Shown piece by piece: positions 1 to 12,001 of a DNA stretch of 64,000 nt. The position numbers and the translations under genes were made by a program. The DNA is from Octopus sinensis (Eukaryota): positions 10,354,001 to 10,418,000 of the forward strand of contig NC_043008.1 in assembly GCF_006345805.1 (NCBI RefSeq). Reading direction: 5' to 3'. Position 1 is the stretch's first letter. Each line of letters opens with the position of its first letter. The notes beneath the pieces were generated by a model, which searched no databases, was not told the origin of the DNA, and saw nothing but the letters and a program-made list of their open reading frames with translations.

Positions 1-67
1 CGCTGCAATTGTTTTCGTTTCAGCACACGATCTCAGATCAGGTCACTTGCTATGCAAGTACATCTCC
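1..67. repeat. End of a dispersed repeat (same family as 42519-42732)
   Basis: CGCTGCAATTGTTTTCG...GCAAGTACATCTCC is nearly identical to 42666-42732. Confidence 0.7.
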
Positions 68-87
68 GTAATAATATATATATATAT

Positions 88-205
88 TCTTTTACTCTTT
101 TACTTGTTTCAGTCATTTGACTGCAGCCATGCTGGAGCATCGCCTTTAGTCGAGCAAATCAAACCTAAGGACTTATTCCTTGTAAGCCTAGTACTTATTC
201 ATCGG
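88..205 (-). mobile_element. SINE family B, 3' fragment
   Basis: Reverse complement of the 3' part of the copy at 28743-29082 (GCTCCAGCATGGCCGCAGTCAAATGACTGAAACAAGTAAAAGAG tail). Confidence 0.75.
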
Positions 206-286
206 CCCTTTGGATGGTGCTTTTTATGTGCCACTGGCACAGGTATCACAACTACAATTTCCATTTGATATTTATTTTGATTTATA

Positions 287-323
<37 letters not shown>

Positions 324-354
324 TCATCATCATCATCATCATCATATATATATA

Positions 355-1190
355 TCTCTTATTATAAAAGGCAGATTTTATCTGCCTCCCTTTGTCTCTT
401 ATAGAAATCTACAATATAGGATTTCTTCAATTACAATTTACCTAGCATTTTTAAGAGTAGAATGCATCGAGTCGTGCCAGGTCCAGTTTTTCAAATTTCA
501 ACCCCAATTAAGCAAAATTTAGAGAAAACTCACATTGTGGTGTGTGAGTCAAGTGCTTTTCTTAGTGTGGGCTATAGCACACGCGCACACACACACACAA
601 AAAGGGAGCGATCTGATTCACTCACGCTATCACTCTAATTTCTACGACTTTCTCTGTGCAAGTTTGCAACGATTAAAGTGAAACTATTTAGATAAAACGA
701 GAGAAGTGTACCTCAAACCACTACTAAAAAAAAAACACAGCAAACAGAAACAAATAAATACATAACGATTTACTCCTCACACAATTTCTTCAATTAGAGT
801 TTACCCATGATTTTTCAAAGTACTTCCATTGGGTCATGCCATACAAAATTTCTTTCAATTTTACCCCCAATTAAGACAAAATTCGAGAAAACTCAATATT
901 TTAACATTTCACTCCGAAAGCATTGATGTACATGTGTGCGTGCGTGAGTGTGTGTGTGTCATTCCTCACACACACGCATACACATACATATATGACAGTG
1001 ACAAACACAAACGTTTCAAACAACTACATACAAACACGTGTGTGTTTGTTATTAGTAAAAAAGGCGCCAAAACACAACTCACTTCTCATTCCAACACATT
1101 TGCAAAGACACACGGACGGTCGAATTGCTATAACAATACAGAAAAGGTAAATTGGTTTTTATTTTACTTTCTGTCGTTAAATTTTGGTAG
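355..1190 (+). mobile_element. Possible Helitron-like non-autonomous element, 3' end not found
   Basis: Starts A|TC...TATAAAAG with a GGCAGA/TCTGCC hairpin. Internal diverged duplication (about 420-530 vs 785-900). No CTAG end seen. Confidence 0.3.
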
Positions 1191-1466
1191 TATTAATTGG
1201 CGAGCCATACATACATAAATATATACACATATTCTGTATATATTTTATTATATAATATTATATATAGATATATGTATATATAATTGCAGTATGAAACAGT
1301 GTTTATGTATAAACAGACGACACTTATATATAGTTATAATAAATGTATGCATCCGTTTAAGAAAAACCAAAAAATTTTTATTCTTTATAAATGTTGTGTT
1401 CAAAATAACATTTTCTTTAAGAATGTGTATATAACAAAGTATGTGTATATAACTACGTGGCTTATA

Positions 1467-1864
1467 TCTTTATATATAAGAGTGAAGTTGTGTGTCTGTC
1501 TCCTACGATTTAGATTCGTAACTACTCCCACATTTTGCGGTGCAGTTTAACCAAAAGCAGGTATCTTATAGTCGTGATTCATATCGAGCCCTTCTGGGTA
1601 TTAGCGCACGTCCACGATGAGTCTACGATTTAAAAAAAATTTACCATCATATTTTTCCCTTTTAATGCATTTTTTCGCTATTATATAAGGGAAGTAACTC
1701 TCTAAAAATATCTACGATGTGTCAACAATTAAAAAAAAAAATTACCTTAATTTTTTTTCAATTTTTAATGCATTTTTTTGCTATTTTTTGGCTATAACTC
1801 TCTAAAAATGCTTATATAGTTATTTCCCTTACAAACCCAGAGCAACGCCGGGCGATACTGCTAG
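1467..1864 (+). mobile_element. Non-autonomous Helitron
   Basis: A|TC 5' end, TATATAAG..GTGTGTCTGTC head, subterminal GC-rich CCCAGAGCAACGCCGGG motif, CTAG|T 3' end, no TSD. This is the canonical A^T insertion. Confidence 0.8.
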
Positions 1865-1877
1865 TATATATATATAT

Positions 1878-2123
1878 TTACAACTATTAAATTTTTCCAT
1901 GGGTATGGGTAAGCATTCCATTTATGTCTTACGTATTTATCTCTGAAGAGGGGAAAATTCTTATGAATTAACCCCGAAATTGGGACCAATACGGTAATAA
2001 CGGATTTTTTAGAAATTTCTATCGGTTTGTTTCGAGCGCATAAATTATAATGGTTATTGACAATTTTGTCTTTTTTTCGGCATATTTGGCATTAGAATTT
2101 TTCTTTTGCCCTTATTTTGTAAG

Positions 2124-2125
<2 letters not shown>
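1878..2125 (+). mobile_element. Short element carrying a hammerhead ribozyme (Penelope-like terminal repeat or retrozyme-like)
   Basis: Flanked by (TA)n. Contains the hammerhead core. Its 3' half is homologous to about 28490-28620. Confidence 0.5.
1936..1997 (+). ncRNA. Type I hammerhead ribozyme candidate
   Basis: CTGAAGA (1943-1949). Helix II GGGG/CCCC plus AATTC/GAATT. GAAA (1976-1979). Helix III ATTG/CAAT. AUA cleavage triplet (1989-1991). Short helix I TTATC/GGTAA after a U.C mismatch. Confidence 0.65.
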
Positions 2126-2165
<40 letters not shown>

Positions 2166-2679
2166 GTGGTACAACAAGGCACCAATGTTCACTGGAAATA
2201 GTAGTCGATAAATTTACCACGTTATAGTAAAGCTTCATTGTATATATACTGGCAAAGATGTGTTAGGGCAGCGAACATAAAAAATTTTGTCTTACCTCTA
2301 GGAAGAACATTAGATAAATGGACAACCCAGAATCGGATAATCTAGTACCTAGGTTTCGAACTCTTCAAATACATTTGTTATCATAAATTTGATTAGTCTT
2401 CTTCAGCTAGATTCACCTGGACAATGTTTCAAATGTTGCTACATCAATACCTGTATACTCGCCTGAATGCCTAGCTGTTAACAGAACTGAGAACAAATCT
2501 GGTCGGTCAATGAACTCTTCTACTACTTTTGGGGGTGGATTGATTATTTAGAATGATACTTCTCTGTGATGTGTTCATAGACATCCTTAAAGAAGGTATT
2601 GTTGCTTTTGTATCCGACATACTGGGTCAAGTTGTAGAGATTGTAGGCAATGGCTCAGTATCAATACACATTTGTTTTT

Positions 2680-2826
2680 TGTGGTTTTCAATCTGTCAAC
2701 ACTGATTGATAGCTTTTTGCCATGCATATCAATCAGAGAATATTTAAGACATGCATTCAAAACATGATATGATCCGGTGTAAGAAGTGTGTGATGGTTTC
2801 TGTGTTGTTTCATTGTGAACAAAATC
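2680..2826 (-). pseudogene. Ty3/Gypsy integrase C-terminal relic
   Basis: Translates DFVHNETTQKPSHTSYTGSYHVLNACLKYSLIDMHGKKLSISVDRLKT, matching the Y.GPY.V...VS.DRLK pattern. Confidence 0.6.
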
Positions 2827-3014
2827 ATGAGACTAAATGCCGATGTCAACAGGTGCATGGGTTTTAAGTGTTTGTCCTCTCAGAAACATGGTTTGCAGTT
2901 CAGACATATTTTCACAGTCTACATACGTACGTAATTGGATGGACCGTGAACTGTATTGGAATCTCCAACCATAATCTCTCCAGGTAGAATTAATATACAA
3001 CCAAATAATATTTC

Positions 3015-3716
3015 TACCAGGGAGGGCAGCCAGCCATAAAAGACATGCCGAAACAAACAAAAAACAGACAGTTCCTCAGCAGCTCAGCTCTTGTCAAACC
3101 GTCCAACCCATGCCAGCATGGAAAACGGATTTTAAATGATGATGATGGCAATGGCGATGGTGATGGTGACAACGATGATTATTATCATAATAATCATCAT
3201 CATCATCATCATCGTCATCATCACCATCATTATCATCCTCATCACAACCACCACCACCACCACCACCACCACCACCATCACAACCACCAACACCACCACC
3301 ACCACCACCACACCACCACCACCACCACCACCATCACAACCACCAACACCACCACCACCATCACCATCACCACCACCACCACCATCACAACCACCACCAC
3401 CATCACCACCATCACTACCACCACCATCATCATCATCATTGACACCAGCTCCACCACCACCACCAGCACGACCACTACCACCATTATCATCATCATTATC
3501 ATCATCATCATCACCACCACCGTCATCACCACCACCACCACCACCACAACCACCACCACCACCATCCCCTCCTCCTCCTCCTCCTCATCATCATCATTAT
3601 CACCATCATCACCACCACCATCACCACCACCCCACCAGCAGCACCACCACCACCAGCACCATTAGCACCACCATCACCACCATCACCACCACCAACACCA
3701 CCAACACCACCACCAC
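3015..3716 (+). repeat. SINE family D tail followed by a (CAT/CAC)n expansion
   Basis: GCATGGAAAACGGATTTTAAATGATGATG tail (ends ~3146) runs into ~570 bp of trinucleotide repeat. Source of the poly-H/T/P ORFs. Confidence 0.85.
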
Positions 3717-4160
3717 GTGTATGGAAGTCAGTTTTCTAAATTATTATTTATCAAATTCTGCTATAATTTTCAATGGCTTACTTCAACAAATGTAAATTGA
3801 ACGATTATTCACTTTCTCTGTCATTTTTAGGCAGGGTGACTTGCTGCTTCGTATACCAACTGATTTGGAGAATTAGGTCAGAATTAAATTGCTGTGAGGT
3901 AACACATAGCAGAGAAGCAAGACACCAACTATTTGATTTCCTAGATTTTTTCTTTTATTTTTATCACCTGCTTTTTTTTAATTTTTCAAGTGGAGATTGC
4001 TATCCATTAGGCAAGAGTCAAAGCTAGTTGAGAACTTACCTTTTGCAATCAGGGTTAGATTATGGTGTTTAACTTCCATTGGGCGAATTCATATATTTTA
4101 TGGTTTAATCAAATAAGGAATGGCAGCCGCCCATGATTTTGCAGAGCCACCAGGACTAGT

Positions 4161-4990
4161 GGGGAAAGGGGAGGTGATACCATACCTCACCTGGGGAAAA
4201 GGGAGGTGATACCACAACTCACCTGGGGAAAAGGGAGGTGATATCACACCTCACCTGGGGAAAAGGGAGGTGATATCACAGCTCACCTGGGGAAAAGGGA
4301 GGTGATATCACACCTCACCTGGGGAAAAGGGAGGTGATATCACACCTCACCTGGGGAAAAGGAAGGTGATATCACAACTCACCAGGGAAAAAGGGAGGTG
4401 ATATCACAACTCACCAGGGAAAAAGGGAGGTGATATCACAACTCACCAGGGAAAAAGGGAGGTGATATCACAACTCACCAGGGAAAAAGGGAGGTGATAT
4501 CACAACCCACCAGGGAAAAAGGGAGGTGATATCACAACTCACCAGGGAAAAAGGGAGGTGATATCACAACTGAGGAAAATGGAAGTGATGCCACAACTCA
4601 CCTGGTGAAAAGGGAGGTGATATCACAACTCACCAGGGAAAAAGGGAGGTGATATCACAACTCACCAGGGAAAAAGGGAGGTGATATCACAACTCACCAG
4701 GGAAAAATGGAGGTGATATCACAACTCACCAGGGAAAAAGGGAGGTGATATCACAACTGAGGAAAATGGAAGTGATGCCACAACTCACCTGGTGAAAAGG
4801 GAGGTGATATCACAACTCACCAGGGAAAAATGGAGGTGATATCACAACTCACCAGGGAAAAATGGAGGTGATATCACAACTCACCAGGGAAAAATGGAGG
4901 TGATATCAAAACTCACCAGGGAAAAAGGGATGTGATGCCACAACTCACCAGGGAAAAAGGGAGGTGATGCCACAACTTGCCTGGGGAAAG
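4161..4990. repeat. 32-bp minisatellite, about 26 units
   Basis: Unit GGGAAAAAGGGAGGTGATATCACAACTCACCA. A shortened variant unit occurs at 4572 and 4759. Confidence 0.95.
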
Positions 4991-5199
4991 TATTTTATTC
5001 AGCTAAACCCTTTGAGGCAGTGCTTCAGCATGGCCACACTCCGATGATTAAAACAAATAAAAGATACCAAAAAAGAGAGTAAGATGCAAACATATGCTCT
5101 CCATCCCATTAGTGTGTCTCTCACATGTATATCAAACACATCATACACATACACTGTCAAACATACACACTAACATCCACACAACACATTTGATACATT

Positions 5200-5567
5200 A
5201 TTATATGAACAAACACAGACACACCATCATATACACGTAATCACAGATATACATACATACACATAGGCCGACGTAAGCACACACACACACAGAGGCAGAC
5301 ATAACCACACACACACACACACAGAGGCAGACATAAGCGTGCACACACACACACACACAGAGGCAGACATAAGTACACACACACACACACAGACAGATAT
5401 AAGCTCGTGCACACACACACCCACACACACATAGAAAAGCATTGCCACACACACATACAGGCAGGCATAAGCACATTCACACATGTGCCCACACATGCAC
5501 ACACACACACACACACACACATACACATACAAGCAGATATAAGTACACATACACATAGGCAGACATA

Positions 5568-5610
<43 letters not shown>

Positions 5611-5652
5611 GCAGACATAAGCACATATGTACACACACACACACACACATGC
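5200..5652. repeat. Compound (CA)n with recurring GAGGCAGACATAAGC
   Basis: Direct reading. Confidence 0.9.
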
Positions 5653-5919
5653 ATATGCACAGATGTGCACAATCGTCGTAGTAACAAGATTCCCAGTCAT
5701 TTATCATGGTCAGTCTCACTCACCACCAAAGCAAGGAATCCAAGTGACAGAAATACTTCAATACCATTTCTTCGGTTGTATTATTCAAATCTCAAGTTAT
5801 CATCTGACACATTCTAAGTGTTTCTCAGACACTTCATGGATGACAATCTTCCAGGTGTCTGGGCTTTGGGGCAATTTTGGTTTATCCAGAGTCCCTTTGG
5901 ACATGTATATATTAGTGAC

Positions 5920-6504
5920 CAGCGGCGAGCCGGTAGAAACTTTAGCGAGCCGGGCAAAACGCTTAGTGGTATTACGTTCTGAGTTCAAATTCTGCCGAGG
6001 TCGACTTTGCCTTTCATCCTCTCGGGGTCGATAAATAAAGTACCAGTTACGCACTGGGGTCGATGTAATCGACTTAATCCCTTTGTCTGTCCTTGTTTGT
6101 CCCCTCTATGTTTAGCCCCTTGTGGGTAGTAAAGAAATAGGTATTTCGTCTGCCACTATGTTCTGAGTCCAAATTCCGCCGAGGTCGACTTTGCCTTTCA
6201 TCCTCTCGGGGTCGATAAATTAAGTACCAGTTACGCACTGGGGTTGATGTAATCGACTTAATCCCTTTGTCTGTCCTTGTTTGTCCCCTCTATGTTTAGC
6301 CCCTTGTGGGTAGTAAAGAAATAGGTATTCCATCTGCCGCTATGTTCTGAGTTCAAATTCTGCCAAGGTCGACTTTGCCTTTCATCCTCTTGGGGTCAAT
6401 AAATAAAATACCAGTTTCGCACTGGGTCGATGTAATCGACTTAATCCCTTTGTCTGTCTTTGTTTGTCCTCTCTATGTTTAGCCCCTTGTGGGTAGTAAA
6501 GAAA
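5920..6504 (+). mobile_element. tRNA-derived SINE family A, trimer
   Basis: A-box-like head plus three ~180-bp bodies each with B box GAGTTCAAATTC(C/T). One 14-bp TSD TATATATTAGTGAC (5906-5919 and 6505-6518). Confidence 0.9.
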
Positions 6505-6922
6505 TATATATTAGTGACTGTAAACAATCTGCTGGGGTTATCTTTTTTCTATTTTTTTTGTTGTCTTTTTACTTGTTTCAGGCATTGGACTATGGCCATG
6601 CTGGGGCACACCTTGGAAGGTTTAGTCAAACAAATCAGCTGCAGGATTTTTTTTTTTAAAGTCTGGTACATATTCCATTAATCTCTTTTGCCAAAGTGCT
6701 ATGTTACAGGGATGTAAGCAAACCAACACTGGTCAAGTGGTGGTGATGGTAGGGACAAATACAATCTCACACGTAAGCTGTTTCCGTATACCAAATTCTC
6801 TCACAAGGTATTGGCTGGCCCAAGGTGCTGCACTCTGGGACTGAACTTGAAGTCACATGTTTGCAAAGCAAGCTCCTTAAACATACAGCCATGCCTCCAC
6901 CTATATGAAATCACTGAAAATA

Positions 6923-7100
6923 TTGGGTTGTCCGGTAAGTTCTTGCCGATTTATAGTAGCTTACTTTTTTACTTATTTTAGAACATGGTTGAGTCCAGAA
7001 AGTAGGATTTGACTACACCTCCATTTAGAGCACAGTTTAAGCTAGCTTTTCGTGGAAGAAGGTTTATGATCAACTTCTCATTATAATAATAATAATAATA

Positions 7101-7136
<36 letters not shown>

Positions 7137-7647
7137 GTAATGAAATTATTGTATACAGTGCTCAGGTGCACCACAACTTGTCAAAAGTGCGTATAAAGCA
7201 TATGCAGTAATGTACAAATGTCTGGAAAGTGCTATAGCTGTGTTAATTTTGTAACCCTTTAAAATGGAAGATAAGAAAGTTCATTTTCAGCACTTGATGC
7301 TTTGGGAACCAGACAAAAATTGCTGCAGCTTGGCTGGGATGTGTTACCCCACCCTCCATATTCACCAGATATTGCTCCTTCGGATTTCCACTTATTCAGG
7401 TCTCTGCAGAAGAGTCTTAATGGTACAAATCTCAATTCCTTGGATGACGTAAAAAAATACCTTGATGAATTCTTTGCCATGAAAGCACCTCAATTCTGGG
7501 AAGGGGGTATTTTCAAGTTAAAGGAAAGATGGAGATGCATTGTGCAACAAAATGGTTCATATTTGGTTGATTAAAAATGTAATGGCAAGTATTTGTTGAC
7601 CTTTTTCTTTCATTTAAAAATCAGCACAAACTTTCCAGACAACTCAA
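6923..7647 (+). mobile_element. Internally deleted mariner
   Basis: Imperfect TIRs TTGGGTTGTCCGGTAAGTT / TTGAGTTGTCTGGAAAGTT and TA TSD. N-terminal MEDKKVHFQHLMLWE is fused to C-terminal YSPDIAPSDFHLFRSL...RWRCIVQQNGSY. Confidence 0.9.
7083..7231 (-). mobile_element. CR1-type LINE 3' tail nested in the mariner
   Basis: Matches the tail of 49182-49690 and has an (AAT)n tract. Confidence 0.8.
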
Positions 7648-7727
7648 TATTTATCTGGTTGCTTGATCTGTTAGAAATAGCAACCAAATTTCACACAAAT
7701 CCTACCTCACTGTCTTAAAAATGTATC

Positions 7728-7888
7728 AGGACAATTACCCCACCATAGGACAATTCCCCCATCGACAACTACCCCCAGGACAATTACCCCCCTTGGTTAA
7801 TTACCCCCTCTCCAGTATATTAAGAAGTTTTAAATCATCATCTGTTGTTCTCAGGGGTAATTGTCCTTGGGGTTGGGGTAAATGTCCT
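7728..7888. mobile_element. MITE-like element with GGACAATTACCCC subterminal repeats
   Basis: Several direct copies on the left, two inverted copies on the right. Confidence 0.55.
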
Positions 7889-8536
7889 AAATTCCTTAAA
7901 AATTTTGCCCTTTATATGAAGAAACATATAATCATTATATAGGGAACTCTCTTCTTTATAAGTTTGAATATCATAAATAATAACATTGGATCCTGCTACT
8001 TCTTCATCTGACAGGCATTTTCTTCTTTCTCACTCATGTCTAAACCTTTTGCAATTGTCTTCACTATTTTGCATGAATCTCCCAATATTTGTTCTTCAAT
8101 TAAAAGCATGTTTACTCACAATCTGTGCCAGATGAATCTCTCCTTACAACTCATCTTCCTAACACCTCACTCCATCCATGTTCCCTACCCACTGCATTCC
8201 CCTCCCCTCTGCCTCTCATTCTCCTCACACTCATGTAAACTTACCCACCCATTCACCCTGTCCAGTCATCTTTACACTTGTTCCTGTCGCTGTTATACTT
8301 TAACCTCTCATCTAGCACAAAGCCACCTCCCTCAGTGCTACTCTCCAATTCAGTTGAAAGGTCTTGTCTTGCAAGTTGCTCAGGGACCTCACTGGTGTTG
8401 GTGCCATGAAAAAATATCCACAACACTTTGTCTTATAGCTTCCTAGCTCTTGTCAAACTGTCCCACCCATACCAGAATAGAAAATGGACATTAAAAGTTG
8501 ATGATACACACAAACACACGTATGTATATAGATATA

Positions 8537-9134
8537 TATTTCTTTACTACCAAGAAGGAGCTAAACATAGAGATGACAAACAAGGACAGACAAAGGGATT
8601 AAGTCGATTACATCCACCCCAGTGTGAAACTGGTACTTTATTTATCGACCCCAAAAGGATGAAAGGCAAAGTCAACCTCAGCAGAATTTGAACTCAGAAC
8701 GTAGTGACAGATGAAATACCTATTTCTTTATTACCCACAAGGGGCTAAACATAGAGGGGACAAACAAGGACAGGCATGGGTATTAAGTCGATTACATCGA
8801 CCCCAGTGCAAAATTGGCACTTTATTTATCGACCCCCAAAAGGATGAAAGGTAAAGTTGACCTCGGCGGAATTTGAAATCACAACGTAACGGCAGATGAA
8901 GTACCGCAAAGCATTTCGCCCGGTGTGCTAAACATAGAGGGGACAAACAAGGACAGACAAAGGGATTAAGTCGATTACATCGACCCCAGTGTGAAACTGG
9001 TACTTTATTTATCGACCCCAAAAGGATGAAAGGCAAAGTCAACCTTGGCGGAATTTGAACTCAGAACATAACGACAGACGAAATACCGCTAAGTATTTCG
9101 CCCGGCATGCTAACGTTTCTGCCAGCTCGCCGCC
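8537..9134 (-). mobile_element. SINE family A, trimer
   Basis: Three tandem bodies. Junctions near 8718 (AAAGAAATAG|GTATTTC) and near 8930 (TTAGC microhomology). Confidence 0.88.
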
Positions 9135-9364
9135 TTAAATGTATATATATACATATATTATGAACTCTATATGGCTGAGGTGTGTTTTGTTAAAGTATAT
9201 AATGCATTCTTCTTTTGCTCTAAATTTTAATTTTATTGTGTTATGGCAGGAGGTGAGAGTTTGATTCATGGGAGGTGAGACGGTGTGTCTGAATTTTGTG
9301 TGCAGGAAGGCAAGTTAACCTTACCACCAATGGCCTGATCAACTGTTGCACAAGAAGCTAGTAC

Positions 9365-9915
9365 ATGTGTGAGAGAGAGAGAGAGAGAGAAGGAGATGGA
9401 GAGACAAACAGAGAGAGAGAGAGAGAGTGAATGAGAGCTGGGGAGGAGAGACTAATAGAGAGAGAGAGTGAGAGCAGGAGAGGAGAGAGAGTGAGAGCAG
9501 GGGTGGAGAGAGAAATAAAGAGAGAGTGAGAGGGAGGGTGGAGGGAGAATTGTTGAATTTTTCACGTTTTAAATGTCCATTAATGTCCTTTTCTACTTTG
9601 TTGTTTGACCTTTCTTTATTGTTTTTTTAGTTGTTGATTTTCTTTTTTGCCGTTTATTTTTTTGTATTTAGTTGTATTTGTTTTGTATTTGTCAATGGGA
9701 ATATTAATATTGAATGAGAGAGAGAGAGAGAGAGAGGCGGGGGTAGAGAGAGAGAGATGAGAGAGAGATGAGAGAGAAATAAAAGTGAAGAAAATGTATG
9801 ATAAAAAATATCAAAAAGAGGGATTGTGTATGTGTGTGTGTGTGTGTGGAACAGAAGATGGTAGAGAGACTGAAAAGAGAAGAGAGAGAGAAGGAGAGAA
9901 AGAAGGAGAGAGGGG

Positions 9916-9946
<31 letters not shown>

Positions 9947-10070
9947 AGAGAGAGATGAGAGAGAGACGAGAGAGAGAAGAAAGAGAGACAGAGACAGAGA
10001 CAGAGAGAGAGAGAGAGACAGACAGATAGAGAGAGAGACAGGGAGAAGAAAGAGAGACAGAGACAGAGAC

Positions 10071-10101
<31 letters not shown>

Positions 10102-10251
10102 TAGAGAGAGAGACAGAGAGAAGAAAGAGAAGACAGAGAGAAGAAAGAGAAGAAAGAGAGAGAGAGAAGAGACAGAGAGACAGAGAGAAGAGAGAAAGAA
10201 AGTGACTGAAATTGAGATAGAAGGGTTAAAAGAGATAAAAACTAAGAATGT

Positions 10252-10289
<38 letters not shown>
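9365..10289. repeat. (GA)n/(GACA)n purine tracts
   Basis: Direct reading. Source of the poly-RE ORF. Confidence 0.9.
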
Positions 10290-11019
10290 AAAGCCCTATG
10301 GCATGTTAACCAAATAACTCAGTGGGATCCATGATATCAGACAATTTACTAAAGCCATAAATATATTTGAAGTTCATAGTCTTTATTGGTGTTGTTTATA
10401 TAACATTCTGCTCTCTCTTGACTCGGTGTGTGTGTGTGGATGGGAAGAGAAGGTCTGAGTACGTATCGCACTGCAGGTGTTGGTTATTTTGTGTCCCCTC
10501 ACCAAAATTTTGAATTTTTCCTACCTAATAAAATTTATGTCTGTTGGAGAAATTAGCATTACATTCTAGGGCAAAGTAGTGGAAGGGTAGACACTTGGTA
10601 GGGTCTCGCAGCTGTGGGGTTTCCTACGTGAATGCAAGGTATGCAATACGTGCCTAACATATATAAAAGATTGCAAATAATGAATCTGATCTTTTAATAT
10701 AATTAGCAAAGTGTCTATGTCTCTTACTCTCTCTCTCTGTTTGTCTGCCCCTCACCCTGCATTAACATGCACTTAGCTGCTACCATACTTTCACTATGTC
10801 TAATTTTATGGAGACACTGATAGATCATATAGTTAGTGCAGCTATGATAATTTCATTATATCTGTATTGTGTGGACACTCTTTAACAGGTTTGAACACTG
10901 AATAGAAATGTACATAAGATTAGATATTTTATATACAAGTTGTATATACCGCATACGATGCACTCTATTTTGTAGAAGAAAAATTTAGTATGTTTCAGCA
11001 ACTCTTATTGAAAGATATT

Positions 11020-11420
11020 TTAAATTGGTTTTGTTGGAGATTAAAATAACTCTGAGCACCTTTTCAAACTCCACCTGTCTAACACCCGTGGACATGTATA
11101 CAAAGTCGGAAAACAGCACAGCTCCCATGACTTTCGGAAACATTTTTTTCATTCTAAGAGTTGCTGAAGCATCGATCAAACTGCCAGCATCAGTTGTTAG
11201 TTGTCGGAGCACTGCATCCTTCAAAACTTCCATGTTTTTCCTGAGATTCACCAACACTACACCTGATTTTCTCCCCTCCATACACATGCAAGCATGTATC
11301 TGACTCATACGCTGTTCATTTCCCAGACATTTGTACACTAAGGCACATGCTTTATATGCACTTTTGACAAGTTGTGGTGCACCTGAGCACTGTAAACAAT
11401 AATTTCATTATTATATTATC
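11020..11420 (+). mobile_element. CR1-clade LINE 3' end
   Basis: LRVAEA..KLPASVVSCRSTASFKTSM RT C-terminus, 3' UTR and (TAA)-type tail. Confidence 0.8.
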
Positions 11421-11548
11421 ATATAAAATGTGAATGTAAATGCAATATTGTGACGTTATACTAGAATAAATTATGAAAATGACAAGATGGATGCTACACC
11501 CACTTACTCCAACATGCACTGAATATTGAATAGCAACAGAGAAATTGA

Positions 11549-12001
11549 AATCGAAGTCAAAATCAAACTCGATGACTGGCATCCGTTGCTAGTGGAGCGC
11601 TAAGAGTACCATATGAGTGAGATCATTGCCAGGGTAACAAGCTGGCCTTTGTGCCGATGGCACATTCAAGCACACCATTCGAGCATGATCGTTACCGCGT
11701 CGCCTTACTAGCACTTGTGCTGGTGGCATGTGAAACTTTCGAGTGAGGATGTCGCCAGTGCCGCTGGACTGGCTCTTGTGCAGGTGGCACGTAAAAAGCA
11801 CCATTTCGGCATGGTCGTTGTCAGTACCACCAAACTGGCCCTCGTGCCGGTGGCACGTAAAAGCACCCACTACACTCTCAGAGTGGTTGGCGTTAGGAAG
11901 GGCATCCAGCTGTAGAAACTCTGCCAGATCAGATTGGAGTCTGGTTCACCAGACCTCAGTCAAATCGTCCAACCCATGCTAGCATGGAAAGCAGACATTA
12001 A

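Noticed and set aside
3045-3795. Long poly-H/T/P ORFs (also the C/V, H/T, RE, G/V and YI ORFs at 5.2, 9.8, 23.5, 29.6, 30.3, 31.5 and 38.4 kb)
   Set aside because: Translations of microsatellites that lack stop codons in several frames.
3830-3897. Candidate upstream exon of gene 1
   Set aside because: Good splice sites, but the only open frame ends in phase 0 and exon 12424 needs phase 1. Could be UTR or need an unseen exon.
4161-4990. CRISPR-like array
   Set aside because: Units are contiguous with no unique spacers, there are no cas genes, and the context is eukaryotic.
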